A DNA stretch of 64,000 nucleotides from Sphingobacteriales bacterium (GCA_016200915.1 JACQDV010000007.1:15273-79272); one strand, 5' to 3'. Shown: positions 37,385-49,579, counted from the stretch's first letter. Program-made: numbers and translations. Notes: generated from the sequence alone by a model not told the origin.

Positions 37385-38518
37385 ATGCTGTTACAAGTTT
37401 CCAATCCGGGCAGTATGAGCATAGTGTCCTTATCGTTCATCTTGTGGTTGATAGTTGCACTATCAGTTGCCACTGCTGCTGTTATCTATTTCATTAAACA
37501 TTACAACAAATCAATTTTGTGGGCACACCAAATGATTGACCCGTTGCAGCATGGGTTGAACAGGTGGAACCGCCAGTTAAATGATTGGTGGCAGCAAAAC
37601 AGGGGCATGCATTTCTTTCAAAAAACAAATCTTTTTGATGGTAACAGCACTTATCGCCAAAGAAAAGCAGATAATGATTCATTTGCTGAAGAGCTGATTG
37701 ATAACCTTTTTACAGAAGACAAAAAGAAAGAAGAGAATCTTGAGCTTAACCGCTTAAAAGAAGAAAATGAATTACTATTAAAGCAACAGGTACAGTTAAA
37801 GCTGGAACTGCATGCTGCTAAAACACATAACCAGCAATTGCTGCATGAAATAAATGAACTGTTACAGTTTCGCCAGTTGAACCAGCAATTACAAACAAGA
37901 ATAAATACGCTGCAAACTGAATTGAATAATGCAACAACCCGGTTGATGAAAAGTAATGAAGGGATGGTGCGGTTAAATGATGAAGTAAATAGTTTATCAG
38001 GAATAGAAAAGGACTGGATAGATGCAGTGAATCATGCAAAAGATTTGGAACTGCAAGTGCAGAAGATTGGAATTTTGGAAGCTGAAATAAAATCACTGGG
38101 AGCGGAAAGAGAATGGTTGCTGATTCAGTTACAACAGATCAAAACAAAACAGTTGCATGAGTATGAAATGCTACAGGAAACCTGCAATGGTTTAGTAGAA
38201 GAAAGAAACCTGCTGCAAAATAAAATGGTGATGCTTGAAAGTGAAGTGGGAGTTTTATCCAGAACGCTTACTAATAATAAGCAGCATCAAAATGAAGATG
38301 TATTGTGGGAAACTAAATACATCACTGCTGCCAAAGAATTAAACATGATGCGTTTTCAATATAGCAGCATGGAAAATGAAATATCAGCATTAAGGAATAA
38401 AGAACAATTATTAAGAGAGAAGGCTAAACAAGCCGATGGATTAGCAGCCCAGTTAGAAACAAAGCAAGACGAGATCATCCGTTTGCAAAGACAATTGTAT
38501 GAGTGCAGAAAGAAATAA
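37385..38518 (+). CDS. Membrane-anchored coiled-coil protein (hypothetical)
   Basis: N-terminal TM helix; long Q/L/E-rich heptad region. Confidence 0.5.
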   Translation: MLLQVSNPGSMSIVSLSFILWLIVALSVATAAVIYFIKHYNKSILWAHQMIDPLQHGLNRWNRQLNDWWQQNRGMHFFQKTNLFDGNSTYRQRKADNDSFAEELIDNLFTEDKKKEENLELNRLKEENELLLKQQVQLKLELHAAKTHNQQLLHEINELLQFRQLNQQLQTRINTLQTELNNATTRLMKSNEGMVRLNDEVNSLSGIEKDWIDAVNHAKDLELQVQKIGILEAEIKSLGAEREWLLIQLQQIKTKQLHEYEMLQETCNGLVEERNLLQNKMVMLESEVGVLSRTLTNNKQHQNEDVLWETKYITAAKELNMMRFQYSSMENEISALRNKEQLLREKAKQADGLAAQLETKQDEIIRLQRQLYECRKK

Positions 38519-38598
38519 TTAAATCAACCTGATAAAAATCATGCGTTCAATTCCTGAACGCATTTTTATTTTTCACAATTCCCCCTCAACTTTGCAAC

Positions 38599-39240
38599 AT
38601 GACAGATATAGCTTCTATACGCAAAGATTATACGCAGCAAACGCTGAATGAGAATGATGTTTATTCAGATCCATTTAACCAGTTTACTAAATGGTGGGAT
38701 GAAGCAGTTACATCGGATATAGACGAAGTAAATGCAATGACGCTGGCTACTGCATCATCAGATGGTATTCCATCGGCAAGAATTGTATTGCTGAAAGGAT
38801 ATGATGAAAGTGGTTTTGTATTTTATACCAATTACGATAGCTATAAAGCACAGCAGGTGGCTGAGAACCCAAGAGCCACCTTATTATTCTTCTGGAAAGA
38901 ACTGGAAAGACAGGTAAGAATAACCGGCATCATACAAAAAGTTAGTAGTGCTGAAAGCGATGAATACTTTCAATCAAGACCGGAAGGAAGTAAAATTGGT
39001 GCCTGGTCATCACCACAAAGTCATGTAATTGAAAACCGTGAATGGTTAGAAAAAAGAGTGGATGAAATGGCTGCTAAGTTTGGCGGTAAATCAATTGATC
39101 GTCCTGCTAACTGGGGAGGTTATAGGGTGAAACCTGTTTCGGTAGAATTCTGGCAAGGCAGAAGCAGCCGCTTGCACGACCGTATTCAATATACTTTGAT
39201 GGACAATGGCAGTTGGCAGATAGAACGATTAGCTCCTTAA
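38599..39240 (+). CDS. pdxH: Pyridoxamine 5'-phosphate oxidase
   Basis: PNPOx family conservation (..ARIVLLKGYDE.GFVFYTNY.S.K..), C-terminal RLHDR..Y motif. Confidence 0.9.
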   Translation: MTDIASIRKDYTQQTLNENDVYSDPFNQFTKWWDEAVTSDIDEVNAMTLATASSDGIPSARIVLLKGYDESGFVFYTNYDSYKAQQVAENPRATLLFFWKELERQVRITGIIQKVSSAESDEYFQSRPEGSKIGAWSSPQSHVIENREWLEKRVDEMAAKFGGKSIDRPANWGGYRVKPVSVEFWQGRSSRLHDRIQYTLMDNGSWQIERLAP

Positions 39241-39457
39241 TTGAAACGATAAAAGTTAATAAGTTGACAAGGATAGATATAATTCCCTGTCAACTCATCA
39301 ACATGTTAACTTATTTCTCTTTTTTAGGAGCTGCTTTTTTTGTTGTTTTAGCAGGTCTTGTTTTACCAAAAGATCCTTTGAAAATTTTTCCTTTCCTGGT
39401 TTTTTTATCACCTCTTCCCATAAAACGTTTTTTTTAATGTTGAATTAAATGATTGCA

Positions 39458-39487
39458 TTAAAAGCAAGAAACATTGATCTCTTGCTT
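39458..39487 (-). terminator. Rho-independent terminator downstream of hup (minus strand)
   Basis: agcaaga-N10-tcttgct stem, T-run on minus strand. Confidence 0.6.
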
Positions 39488-39506
39488 TTCCCGGTACTTT
39501 AATAAA

Positions 39507-39776
39507 TTATAATTTGGCAGCTAACTCTTTGCCACCTTTAAAGCGGGCAACTTTTTTAGCTTTAATCTTAATTATTTCACCGGTTTTGGGGTTACGTCCG
39601 TTACGGGCACTGCGTTTAGATACGGTGAAAGTACCAAAACCAACCAGTGTAACTTTACCACCACCTTTTAATGTTTTTGTAACTGCTTCAATAAATGAAT
39701 CCAGTGCATCGTTCGCCTGAGTTTTTGTAATGCCAGTGTCTTCTGAAATTTTCGCAATTAAATCTGCTTTGTTCAT
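39507..39776 (-). CDS. hup: HU family DNA-binding protein
   Basis: MNKADLI..GFGTF..R.ARNGRNP.TGE.I.I HU signature. Confidence 0.92.
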   Translation of the reverse strand: MNKADLIAKISEDTGITKTQANDALDSFIEAVTKTLKGGGKVTLVGFGTFTVSKRSARNGRNPKTGEIIKIKAKKVARFKGGKELAAKL

Positions 39777-40055
39777 AATGAAATAGTTTGATTTTTTAGC
39801 AGCGACAAATTTATAGGCTTTTTGCTTACAGCAAAATTTTTTTTACCTGATTATGTGTAAAATCAATCCTTTAAAATCCGCATGGGGCAAGGGTTTGCGG
39901 GGAATAAAAAACAGCACAAACTGTTTCACTTTTGAGTACTATAATGAAATTCAGGCTGGTAAAGGGTTTTATATGTGTGAAGTTGAAAACTTTGACTGCT
40001 GTAGAATATAAGTCTTTTAGATAAACAATTGTATTAAGTTTTTTCTTTTCCACAG

Positions 40056-40361
40056 CTACTGCACAGTTTCCATTAATGTGCGGAAAGCAACAAGACGGTC
40101 GCCCCATTTATCGGTTAATTTTCTCCGCATAACAGAGGCATACTTGCCAATATACTCTTCATAATTTTCTTTTGATTTTGCGAAGTACTGAACAATGAAT
40201 GTTGGTCCGTCTGTTTCATCCTGTTCCAGTAAACGATAAAACCTGAATGAGTCAAACAAACCCGTAGCCATTACATCCGGAATATGCACTTCTTTCTGCC
40301 ATTGAAGCCATTGAGGAGCTATTGAGGGCTCAACTTTTAATGTAATATTATAAACAACCAT
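40056..40361 (-). CDS. DUF4286 family protein
   Basis: ~100 aa, MVVYNITLKVEP.. pattern. Confidence 0.5.
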   Translation of the reverse strand: MVVYNITLKVEPSIAPQWLQWQKEVHIPDVMATGLFDSFRFYRLLEQDETDGPTFIVQYFAKSKENYEEYIGKYASVMRRKLTDKWGDRLVAFRTLMETVQ

Positions 40362-40362
40362 A

Positions 40363-41133
40363 TTATTTTGTTTTTACCTCCAGATATACAGGACAATGAT
40401 CACTATGTTTTACATCCGGATATATCTCTGCATCTTTTAATTGTTTTTTCAACGGTTCTGTTACCGTAATATAATCAATACGCCAGCCTTTGTTCTGTGC
40501 TCTTACAGTTGGAAAACGCTGACTCCACCAGCTGTAACGATGTGGCTCCGGATGAAACTCACGAAAAGTGTCAATCCAGCCACTATCCAAAAATTTTGTC
40601 ATCCATTTTCTTTCTTCCGGTAAAAAACCTGAAGAGTTTTTATTTCCTTTCGGATCATGAATGTCTATTTCATTATGAGCAATGTTATAATCACCACATA
40701 AAATTAATTTAGGATGTTTCTTTTTTAATTTGTTGAGATAAGTATAAAATTCATCCAGCCATTTGTATTTGAAATCCTGTCTTTCTTCGCTGCTAGTGCC
40801 ACTGGGGAAGTATGCATTGATCAATCTTATATCACCAAAATCTAACTGAATCACTCTTCCTTCATCATCACTTGCACCATGACCATTGCCGAATTCTATA
40901 TGATCGGGTTTGATTTTTGTAAAGACTGCCACACCGCTATAACCTTTTTTTTGTGCACTAAACCAGTAATCGTGGTAACCAAGATCGGTGAACTGTTTAT
41001 GGTCAACATTATCTTTTAAAGCCTTTGTTTCCTGAATGCAAACGATTTCGGCGGGATCTGTTTTTAACCAGTCAATAAATCCTTTTTTCATTGCAGCTCT
41101 AATACCGTTTACATTATAAGAAATGATACGCAT
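40363..41133 (-). CDS. xth: Exodeoxyribonuclease III
   Basis: MRIISYNVNGIRA.., AP-endonuclease EEP motifs (..GDYNIAHNEIDI.., SDHCPV). Confidence 0.92.
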   Translation of the reverse strand: MRIISYNVNGIRAAMKKGFIDWLKTDPAEIVCIQETKALKDNVDHKQFTDLGYHDYWFSAQKKGYSGVAVFTKIKPDHIEFGNGHGASDDEGRVIQLDFGDIRLINAYFPSGTSSEERQDFKYKWLDEFYTYLNKLKKKHPKLILCGDYNIAHNEIDIHDPKGNKNSSGFLPEERKWMTKFLDSGWIDTFREFHPEPHRYSWWSQRFPTVRAQNKGWRIDYITVTEPLKKQLKDAEIYPDVKHSDHCPVYLEVKTK

Positions 41134-41188
41134 AATCAGTTTTAATTATTCTTTAAATAAGTAACTTACGCTTCTTCAAACCGAAATT

Positions 41189-43321
41189 ATGCGAATTATC
41201 TCATTGTTTACAGCCTGCTTTTTAATTCTTTTTACAGTATCAGCAAAAGAAATTTCTTCTCCTTCAGGAAAAATAAAATTGAATGTAGAACTGAACCAGG
41301 CAGGTCAGCCGTTTTATTCGGTTACATATAATAACAAAACGGTTATTCAATCTTCAGCATTGGGTTTTGTATTGATCAATGGCGATAATTTTTATTCTGG
41401 TTTTGAAATACTGGATGATGCAATCACTTCGGTTGATGAAAACTGGAATCCTGTTTGGGGTGAAGTAAAGACCATCCGCAATCATTATAACCAGTTTACA
41501 TTAAAACTTCATCAGAAAAAGTCTGATCGTTTAATGAATATTGTTTTTAAAGTATTTGATGATGGTGTAGGATTTCGTTATGAATTTCCACGTCAGTCAA
41601 ATCTTGTTTATTTCATAATTGCTGATGAAAGAACTTCTTTTAATCCTACAGGTGATCATAAAGCTTTCTGGATTCCCGGTGATTATGATACGAATGAACA
41701 AAACTATACTACTTCTAAATTAATCGAAGTAGATGCATGGAAATCGGATATGGTTTCAAATGGCGGCAGAGCATTGAATGTACCTGATCAGTATGCAGTA
41801 CAAACACCTTTGATGATGAAGACAGTTGATAGTTTGTACATCAATATACATGAAGCAGCACTGGTTGATTTCCCGGCCATGCAATTACATGTAAACAGGA
41901 ACGAACATCAACTCTATGCTAAACTGGTACCCGATGCTTATGGCAATAAAGCTTATTTACGTACACCATTTTCAACTCCATGGAGAACGATTATTGTGAG
42001 TGATAAAGCAACAGATATTCTCAGTTCAAAAATGATTTTGAATTTGAATGAACCATCAAAGCTTGAAAATAGTTCATGGATCAAACCAATGAAGTTTATA
42101 GGTATCTGGTGGGAAATGCAAACCAATAAAGGAAGCTGGAATTATACCGATAAAGCGGATTCATTAGATGCGAATGGCAAACCTTATCCCAATGGAAGGC
42201 ATAGTGCCAATACGGATAATGTAAAAAAGTATATTGATTTTGCTTCCAAACATGGTATAAAAGGTTTATTGGTTGAAGGATGGAATACTGGATGGGAAGC
42301 ATGGTATGGCAACTGGTATGGACGCCATTTTGATTTCGTAACACCTTATCCTGATTTTGATGTAGAAGCTATAGAAAAATATGCAGCAGAAAAAAATGTG
42401 CAGATGATCATGCACAATGAAACCAGTGCTGATGCAGCTACCTATGATCAGCAAATGGATACAGCATTTAAATTTATGAATCGTTACGGTTATCATTCGG
42501 TAAAGACAGGCTATGTAGGACAGATAATTCCACGTGGTGAACATCATGATGGACAATGGATGATCAATCATTATTTACGCTCTATCACCAAAGCAGCTAA
42601 GCACCAGGTGATGATAGATATACATGAGCCGGCAAGACCAACCGGTTTGCACAGAACCTATCCTAACTTTTTAGCTTGTGAAGCAGCAAGAGGAAATGAG
42701 TTCAATGCATTTGCTGAAGGAAGTCCGCCGGAGCATGAAACTATTTTACCTTTTACAAGATTGATGGGCGGACCAATGGATTATACTCCCGGAATATTTA
42801 AAATGAAAGGTTATGCTGCTGGTGCACCAAACAGGCACATGCATACTACAATTGCCAAGCAATTGGCTTTATACTTAACAATGTATAGTCCATTGCAAAT
42901 GGCGGCCGATTTACCGGAGAATTATGAAGCAAAGCCGGATGCGTTTCAATTTATAAAAGATGTTCCGGTTGATTGGGATGATAGCAAATATTTACTGGCA
43001 GAACCGGGAGATTATATTGTAGTGGCAAGAAAAGAAAAAGGAACGGAGAACTGGTATATGGGAGCGATAACAGATGAAACAGCCAGGAATTTTATTGTAC
43101 CATTAAATTTTTTAACTGCCACTCAAAAATATATTATCACTATTTATCGTGATGCTGATACTACCAGCTGGGATAATAATCCCGAAGCATATACCATTGA
43201 AAAGTTTGTGGTGAATAATGCTACCAAACTAAAATTGAAATTAGCAACCGGTGGCGGTTGTGCTATTAGTATAAAACCCGCCAGTAATGAAGAAGTGAAA
43301 GGATTAAAAATTTACAGATAA
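41189..43321 (+). CDS. Glycoside hydrolase family 97 (alpha-glucosidase/alpha-galactosidase, SusB-like)
   Basis: ~710 aa, signal peptide, GH97 N-terminal and catalytic-domain patterns (WIKPMKFIGIWWEM..). Confidence 0.8.
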   Translation: MRIISLFTACFLILFTVSAKEISSPSGKIKLNVELNQAGQPFYSVTYNNKTVIQSSALGFVLINGDNFYSGFEILDDAITSVDENWNPVWGEVKTIRNHYNQFTLKLHQKKSDRLMNIVFKVFDDGVGFRYEFPRQSNLVYFIIADERTSFNPTGDHKAFWIPGDYDTNEQNYTTSKLIEVDAWKSDMVSNGGRALNVPDQYAVQTPLMMKTVDSLYINIHEAALVDFPAMQLHVNRNEHQLYAKLVPDAYGNKAYLRTPFSTPWRTIIVSDKATDILSSKMILNLNEPSKLENSSWIKPMKFIGIWWEMQTNKGSWNYTDKADSLDANGKPYPNGRHSANTDNVKKYIDFASKHGIKGLLVEGWNTGWEAWYGNWYGRHFDFVTPYPDFDVEAIEKYAAEKNVQMIMHNETSADAATYDQQMDTAFKFMNRYGYHSVKTGYVGQIIPRGEHHDGQWMINHYLRSITKAAKHQVMIDIHEPARPTGLHRTYPNFLACEAARGNEFNAFAEGSPPEHETILPFTRLMGGPMDYTPGIFKMKGYAAGAPNRHMHTTIAKQLALYLTMYSPLQMAADLPENYEAKPDAFQFIKDVPVDWDDSKYLLAEPGDYIVVARKEKGTENWYMGAITDETARNFIVPLNFLTATQKYIITIYRDADTTSWDNNPEAYTIEKFVVNNATKLKLKLATGGGCAISIKPASNEEVKGLKIYR

Positions 43322-43353
43322 TGGTGAGTTGAAGAAAACGTGTTTATTTAACT

Positions 43354-44379
43354 ATGAACTCCTGCAAAGAAAAAATAAATTCATTTGCTTCTTTATTGCA
43401 AGACGACAAGGTTGGTGAACTTTCATTGCAACCTTTCCCTCAGAAATATCTGCTGTACCTTCTTGATAATATTGATTACTATTTACAAACCTATGCTCAT
43501 TTGCTGGACCTGGTTATTGTAAACAGCAGTAAGCCTATTGCTAACATAACACTACTTGACCAAGGATGTGGAAATGGTTTACTGGGATTATTTGCAAAAC
43601 ATTGTGGTTTTGGAAAAGTATTAATGAATGACCTGGATAAAGATTTTATTGAAGCGGCTCAACAAATCTCAAACCAAACAGGCTTATTATGCGAAGACTT
43701 TATTACTGGTGATATAGATGCAGTGATTGAAAATGCGTTAATAAAACCGGATGTTATTGTAAGCACAGATGTGTTTGAACATATTTACGATCCATTAAAA
43801 TTTTTGAAACTGGTAAAAGAATGGAACAACGATGTGATGCTGTTTTTTAAAACACCATCTAATCCTGCCAACCCTATTTTAAATAACCGGTTGAGAAAAA
43901 TGCAGCAAAAAGATGAGTGGGAAGGTGGTACTGCTAACGATTATGCCACATTTGGGGAACAGCATTTGCCTTATCGTAGTATAAGAAAAAATATTATTGA
44001 AGAAACCGGTATAAAATTATCAGAAGATGAATTCAATAGGTTGATTGAGCTAACAAGAGGATTGAGGAAAGATGATATAATTACTGTAATTAATGTTTAT
44101 TCTCAACACAAGGTTTTTCCGGTTAAACCGTTACATCCTACCAATACTTGCCACCCATTAACAGGAAGCTGGACAGAAAGATTATTAACGGCCGGGCAGT
44201 ATGAAAAAATATTCAGTGAAGCCGGGTTTATTTTAAAAATTGAGAACGGATTCTATAATCAATGGAAACATAATCAAATCCACTCATTTATTATGCGAAT
44301 GGCTAATGCAGTGCTAAGTATAATGGGTAAATATGCTGCTCCTTATATTGTTTTAATTGGGAAACCTTACAATAATTAA
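43354..44379 (+). CDS. Class I SAM-dependent methyltransferase
   Basis: Motif [12 protein letters not shown], motif II aspartate (NDLD). Confidence 0.7.
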   Translation: MNSCKEKINSFASLLQDDKVGELSLQPFPQKYLLYLLDNIDYYLQTYAHLLDLVIVNSSKPIANITLLDQGCGNGLLGLFAKHCGFGKVLMNDLDKDFIEAAQQISNQTGLLCEDFITGDIDAVIENALIKPDVIVSTDVFEHIYDPLKFLKLVKEWNNDVMLFFKTPSNPANPILNNRLRKMQQKDEWEGGTANDYATFGEQHLPYRSIRKNIIEETGIKLSEDEFNRLIELTRGLRKDDIITVINVYSQHKVFPVKPLHPTNTCHPLTGSWTERLLTAGQYEKIFSEAGFILKIENGFYNQWKHNQIHSFIMRMANAVLSIMGKYAAPYIVLIGKPYNN

Positions 44380-47096
44380 TCCAAAATTGGTCTTAACCAT
44401 CTTGTAGCTTCATCAATACTCATGCCTTTTCGTTTAGCATAATCTTCCAACTGATCCTGCATAATTTTTCCAATACCAAAATAATTACTTTCAGGATGAG
44501 AGAAATACCAGCCGCATACGGAAGCTGCCGGATACATTGCCAGTGATTCAGTTAATGTGATGCCGGTATTTTCAGTAGCTTTTAATAAATCAAACAACTT
44601 CAGTTTTTCTGTATGGTCCGGACAGGCAGGATAACCCGGTGCCGGACGAATACCTTTATAATCTTCTTTAATCAATTGTTCATTACTTAATGCTTCCTCT
44701 TTGGCATAACCCCAATGTTCTTTTCTCACCTGTTCATGTAAACATTCAGCAAAAGCTTCTACCAAACGGTCAGCTAATACCTGCAGCATGATTTTGTTAT
44801 ATTCATCATGCTGCTCTGCAAATTTTTTCAAATGCTCTTCCAAACCTGTTATGGTGACGGCAAAGCCACCGATATAATCCTGAACATTGGTTTCTTTTGG
44901 TGCAATAAAATCGGCTAAAGAAAAATTAGGTTGCCCAACTGCTTTTTTCATTTGTTGACGGAGGAACTCAAGCCTCACCCCCTGCCCCTCTCCTGCAGGA
45001 GAGGGGAGAAAAACAGTATCAGCATTATTGCTGTAAGCAGCCCAGAAACCAATTACACCATTAGCTGTTAACCATTTTTCTGCCACTACTTTTTTGAGTA
45101 ATGCATTCGCATCGTTAAATAGTTTCTTTGCTTCCGTTCCAAATATTTTATCTTCTAACACGGCAGGATATTGTCCCGGCATTTCCCAGGCAATAAAGAA
45201 CGGTCCCCAGTCAATATATTTTGCAATAGTTCCTAAGTCAAATGATTTAAAAACTTTTATTCCTTCAAAAGAGGGTTTTACAGGTTTATGTTTTTTATAG
45301 TCAACATAATTTTTGGTAATCAATGCTTCTGAATACGGTAAATAAGTTTTAGATGTTTTCTTTTTATTGAAACTATCTCTTAAATCATCGTACTCTTTAT
45401 TGATTGAATTGATGAAGGATTGCTTTTGTTCTTTATTTAATAAACTTCCGGCGACAGTAACACTTCTTGAGGCATCCAGTACATGCACTACTCCATTATC
45501 ATATTGGGGAGCAATCTTTACGGCTGTGTGCATACGGGAAGTAGTAGCACCACCTATCAGCAATGGCTGTTTCATTCCTCTGCGTTTCATTTCATGTGCC
45601 ACATGCACCATTTCATCTAACGAAGGTGTAATCAATCCTGATAAACCAATAATGTCAGCTTTTTCTTTTTGAGCAGTTTCCAGAATTTTATCTGCAGGAA
45701 CCATTACTCCCAAATCAATTACATCATACCCGTTGCATCCCAACACTACGCCTACAATGTTTTTGCCAATATCATGTACATCACCTTTTACTGTTGCCAA
45801 TAAAATTTTAGCAGCACCGGCTGTTTCTTCATTCACCGTACCGGCAGCGAGATGTGCCTGTTTGCGTTCTTCTTTTTCTAATTCTATGTACGGTGTTAAT
45901 ATGGCCACACTCTTCTTCATCACTCTTGCACTCTTTACTACTTGAGGCAAAAACATTTTACCGGCGCCAAATAAATCTCCTACTACATTCATCCCATCCA
46001 TCAGCGGACCCTCAATTACTTCTAATGGCTTAGGATATTTTTGTCTTGCTTCTTCTGTATCAGCATCTATATATTCAGTAATACCATTGACTAACGCATG
46101 TTTTAATCTTTCTTCCACTGCTGTATTTCTCCATGCTTCATCTTTAACTTCTGCTTTGCCTTTTGCTTTTACTGTTTCGGCAAAAGCAATGAGTTTTTCT
46201 GTGGCTTCGTTATTATCATTATTGCGGTTAAGAATAACATCTTCGCACAATTGTCTTAGTTCCGGTTCTATTTCATCATACACTACTAACTGACCAGCAT
46301 TCACAATACCCATATCCATACCGGCTTTGATAGCATAGTATAAAAATACAGAATGCATAGCTTCTCTTACATGATCATTGCCACGAAAGGAGAAGGAAAG
46401 ATTGGAAACACCACCACTGATTTTAGTAAGCGGCATTTTTTGTTTGATGATACGGGTGGCTTCAATAAAATCAACTGCATAATTGTTGTGCTCTTCCAAA
46501 CCAGTGGCTACTGCAAATATGTTTGGGTCGAAGATGATATCCTGCGGGTCGTAACCAACTTTCTCTGTCAGAATTTTATAAGCTTTCCCGCATATATCCA
46601 CTCTTCTTTGCAACGTATCGGCTTGTCCTTTTTCATCAAAGGCCATTACTACTACAGCCGCACCGTACATATTGCATATCCCGGCCTGCTGAATAAACTT
46701 CTCTTCTCCTTCTTTCATGGAGATAGAGTTCACTATGCATTTCCCCTGTACACATTTTAAACCGGCTTCAATAATTTCAAACTTGGAGGAATCAATCATC
46801 ACCGGAATCTTTGCAATATCCGGTTCGCTTTGCAATAAGTTTAAAAAGGTAGTCATAGCCTGCACACCATCCAGCAATGCATCATCCATGTTTACATCAA
46901 TCACCTGTGCACCGCTCTCTACCTGTTGCCTGGCCACACTTAATGCTTCTTCGTATTTATTCTCTTTAATGAGACGGGCAAATTTTTTAGAACCAGTAAC
47001 GTTTGTTCTTTCGCCGATGTTGACGAAGTTGGTATCGGGACGAACTACCAATGGTTCTAATCCGCTGAATCTTGAATATGGTTTGATAGTACTCAT
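44376..47096 (-). CDS. metH: Methionine synthase, pterin-binding + cobalamin-binding + AdoMet-activation modules (separate gene from the Hcy-binding module)
   Basis: Pterin domain [12 protein letters not shown]12 DxHxxG ([11 protein letters not shown]), activation domain; 906 aa. Confidence 0.92.
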   Translation of the reverse strand: MSTIKPYSRFSGLEPLVVRPDTNFVNIGERTNVTGSKKFARLIKENKYEEALSVARQQVESGAQVIDVNMDDALLDGVQAMTTFLNLLQSEPDIAKIPVMIDSSKFEIIEAGLKCVQGKCIVNSISMKEGEEKFIQQAGICNMYGAAVVVMAFDEKGQADTLQRRVDICGKAYKILTEKVGYDPQDIIFDPNIFAVATGLEEHNNYAVDFIEATRIIKQKMPLTKISGGVSNLSFSFRGNDHVREAMHSVFLYYAIKAGMDMGIVNAGQLVVYDEIEPELRQLCEDVILNRNNDNNEATEKLIAFAETVKAKGKAEVKDEAWRNTAVEERLKHALVNGITEYIDADTEEARQKYPKPLEVIEGPLMDGMNVVGDLFGAGKMFLPQVVKSARVMKKSVAILTPYIELEKEERKQAHLAAGTVNEETAGAAKILLATVKGDVHDIGKNIVGVVLGCNGYDVIDLGVMVPADKILETAQKEKADIIGLSGLITPSLDEMVHVAHEMKRRGMKQPLLIGGATTSRMHTAVKIAPQYDNGVVHVLDASRSVTVAGSLLNKEQKQSFINSINKEYDDLRDSFNKKKTSKTYLPYSEALITKNYVDYKKHKPVKPSFEGIKVFKSFDLGTIAKYIDWGPFFIAWEMPGQYPAVLEDKIFGTEAKKLFNDANALLKKVVAEKWLTANGVIGFWAAYSNNADTVFLPSPAGEGQGVRLEFLRQQMKKAVGQPNFSLADFIAPKETNVQDYIGGFAVTITGLEEHLKKFAEQHDEYNKIMLQVLADRLVEAFAECLHEQVRKEHWGYAKEEALSNEQLIKEDYKGIRPAPGYPACPDHTEKLKLFDLLKATENTGITLTESLAMYPAASVCGWYFSHPESNYFGIGKIMQDQLEDYAKRKGMSIDEATRWLRPILD
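44972..45016. repeat. GC-rich palindromic element (cccctctcctgcaggagagggg core) inserted in-frame in metH; encodes ..[11 protein letters not shown]..
   Basis: Reverse complement aligns with intergenic copies at 24284-24324 and 31394-31435, including the flanking gggtgaggc. Confidence 0.8.
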
Positions 47097-47150
47097 TTTA
47101 TTTTTTTACCACAGAGGTACTCAGAGGTATGCACGGAGTAACACTGAGGT

Positions 47151-47525
47151 TTATAGTATTAATCTTTTAATTCCTTCCTTTAAATGTTTTGTATGAAAAT
47201 TAAGTAATAAACCCACTTTGCAGCCGGATAATTTAAGATAAGTCAATACCTGTGCAGTATGAATATCATTCAAAGCATCCACTGCTTTAATCTCTATTAT
47301 TACTTTGTTTTCCACCATAAGGTCAACACGATAACCAATTTCCAGTTTTACTTCTTCATAAATTAACGGAAGCGGTTTTTCCTTTTCAGTGTAAAATCCA
47401 ATTTTATTCAACTCATAAAACAGGCATTCTTTATAAGAAGATTCCAATAAACCCGGACCTAATTCGCTATGAACTTTGAAAGCGCATTTTAGAATTTGTT
47501 CTGTTATTGTATTTATCTCCTGCAT
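47151..47525 (-). CDS. GxxExxY family protein (PD-(D/E)XK-like)
   Basis: SELGPGLLESSYKE GxxExxY signature; 124 aa; sits between the two metH modules. Confidence 0.8.
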   Translation of the reverse strand: MQEINTITEQILKCAFKVHSELGPGLLESSYKECLFYELNKIGFYTEKEKPLPLIYEEVKLEIGYRVDLMVENKVIIEIKAVDALNDIHTAQVLTYLKLSGCKVGLLLNFHTKHLKEGIKRLIL

Positions 47526-47546
47526 TTCTCTGTGTAAACCTCCGTG

Positions 47547-48554
47547 TTACTCTGTGGTTAAACTTTCTTCCAGCACCGGCAGCGGTCTCGGTTTAATATT
47601 CTTTACATGCTCTGCAATATGTTTAATATGGTCAGGTGTGGTGCCGCAGCAGCCACCTACAATATTTACCCAGCCTTCTTTGGCCCAGTCTTCTAAATAA
47701 TGGCCAGTGTCTTCCGGCTTTTCATCGTATTCGCCCATTGCATTGGGTAAACCGGCATTGGGATAAGCTGATACATAGCAGGAAGCAATTTGCGATAACT
47801 CTTCAATATGCGGACGCATTTCTTTTGCACCCAACGCACAATTCAATCCCACACTTAATGGATGGGCATGCATGATGGAAGTATAGAATGCTTCCAATGT
47901 TTGTCCGCTTAAGGTGCGACCACTTGCATCGGTAATGGTACCGCTAATCATTATTTCTTTTTTCAACGACGGATTTTGATGGAAATATTTTTTGATGGCG
48001 AAGATGGCAGCTTTTGCATTGAGCGTATCAAAAATGGTTTCAATTAATAAAATATCTGCACCACCATCCACCAATCCTCTTACCTGCTCATAATAAGCAG
48101 CTACCACTTCATCAAATGTTACGGCACGATAGCCGGGATTGTTTACATCGGGTGATAAACTTAATGTTTTGTTTAATGGACCAATGGCACCGGCAATCCA
48201 GGCAGTTTTGCCGGATTGATTAATCGCTTCTTTGGCACATTTTACTGCTGCTACATTTAATTCGTAAGCCAGCGATTGCATTTCGTAATCAGCCATGGCA
48301 ATGGCGGTGCTGCTAAAAGTATTGGTTTCAATAATATCTGCACCGGCATCCAGATATTGTTTGTGAATGGCGGTGATGATTTGAGGTTGTGTAATATTGA
48401 GCAGGTCATTATTGCCCTTTACATCGCAATGCCAGTTTTTAAAACGTTCTCCACGATAATCGGCTTCGGTAAGTTTATACCGCTGAATCATGGTACCCAT
48501 AGCACCATCAATTATGAGAATACGTTTTTCTAATTCTTTCCTGATATCGTTCAT
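47547..48554 (-). CDS. Homocysteine S-methyltransferase (MetH N-terminal Hcy-binding module as a separate gene)
   Basis: [13 protein letters not shown].., Zn-binding Cys (GLNC, GGCCGT). Confidence 0.9.
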   Translation of the reverse strand: MNDIRKELEKRILIIDGAMGTMIQRYKLTEADYRGERFKNWHCDVKGNNDLLNITQPQIITAIHKQYLDAGADIIETNTFSSTAIAMADYEMQSLAYELNVAAVKCAKEAINQSGKTAWIAGAIGPLNKTLSLSPDVNNPGYRAVTFDEVVAAYYEQVRGLVDGGADILLIETIFDTLNAKAAIFAIKKYFHQNPSLKKEIMISGTITDASGRTLSGQTLEAFYTSIMHAHPLSVGLNCALGAKEMRPHIEELSQIASCYVSAYPNAGLPNAMGEYDEKPEDTGHYLEDWAKEGWVNIVGGCCGTTPDHIKHIAEHVKNIKPRPLPVLEESLTTE

Positions 48555-48807
48555 ATACCACTGCTTTTAGCTTATAGCTTATAGCTGTTGGCTTTTGCTG
48601 CGTAGTGATAAGAATGTACAAGTGAGTGACACAACAAAAGCTTAATAGCATTGCTAAAGCTGGTTACAAAATAAATCTATGCTGAACTATAAACGGTGGG
48701 AAACTATGAGGGAGTTTCTTTGCGTTTATTAGTTCTGATGAAGGCCGAACAATAAACAAATCCGCCTTTGATGTGCAAATGTACTGTAAGTTTATATTAT
48801 AAACAAT

Positions 48808-49569
48808 TTACTCGCCACCGAGCCATTGTTTGAAATCACTGCTGCGTTCGGTGCTTACAATGGTTTCAATTTTACAGGGCGGGTTGAGTTTTATTAAAAC
48901 CCTTGATTTGGAATAGGTAAGCATTTCATCAATGGAATGAATGCCGACGATAAACTGGCGGTTGATGCGATAAAATACTTTGGGATCGATGAGGGTTTCT
49001 AACTGGTCGAGGTTATAATCAATTACATAACGCTTAGCATCTTTGGTAACCATAAAATTGGCTCTTGCTTCGGTATAGAAGTAGGAGGCATCATCGGTAT
49101 TAATGGTTTTGATATGCTCACTATAACGAACTACAAAACGCTTTTTATAATCCTTCTGCGCATTCTGGAAAGAGTTGATGATTTTATCTATATCAATTGC
49201 CGGCGCAACTTTAGGCTGATGCTTTTTAAATTTAGCAATAGCATTTTGCAGGTCTTCTTTCTTCACCGGTTTTAATAAATAGTCAACGGTGTTTAGTTTG
49301 AAAGCTTCCAACGCATATTGGTTATAAGCTGTAGTGAAGATGACAGGGCATTCAATACTCACCTGTTTCATTATTTCAAAACTCAATCCGTCAGCAAGAT
49401 GCACATCCATTAAAACCAAATCAGGTTGTGGATTGGATTTAAGCCATTGTACCGATGATTTAATGCTAACGAGTGAATCAGCCACTTCGCTTTCAGGAGT
49501 AATTTCTTTGAGCATTTTTTGCAGGCGTTTAACTGCTGCTTCTTCGTCTTCAATAATGAGGATGCGCAT
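48808..49569 (-). CDS. LytTR family two-component response regulator
   Basis: REC domain (MRILIIEDEE..D55), C-terminal LytTR DNA-binding domain. Confidence 0.9.
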   Translation of the reverse strand: MRILIIEDEEAAVKRLQKMLKEITPESEVADSLVSIKSSVQWLKSNPQPDLVLMDVHLADGLSFEIMKQVSIECPVIFTTAYNQYALEAFKLNTVDYLLKPVKKEDLQNAIAKFKKHQPKVAPAIDIDKIINSFQNAQKDYKKRFVVRYSEHIKTINTDDASYFYTEARANFMVTKDAKRYVIDYNLDQLETLIDPKVFYRINRQFIVGIHSIDEMLTYSKSRVLIKLNPPCKIETIVSTERSSDFKQWLGGE

Positions 49570-49579
49570 AATTTGTGTT

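Noticed and set aside
39213-39437. 74-aa ORF overlapping the 3' end of pdxH
   Set aside because: Out-of-frame overlap, low-complexity hydrophobic sequence; the region instead contains the hup terminator.
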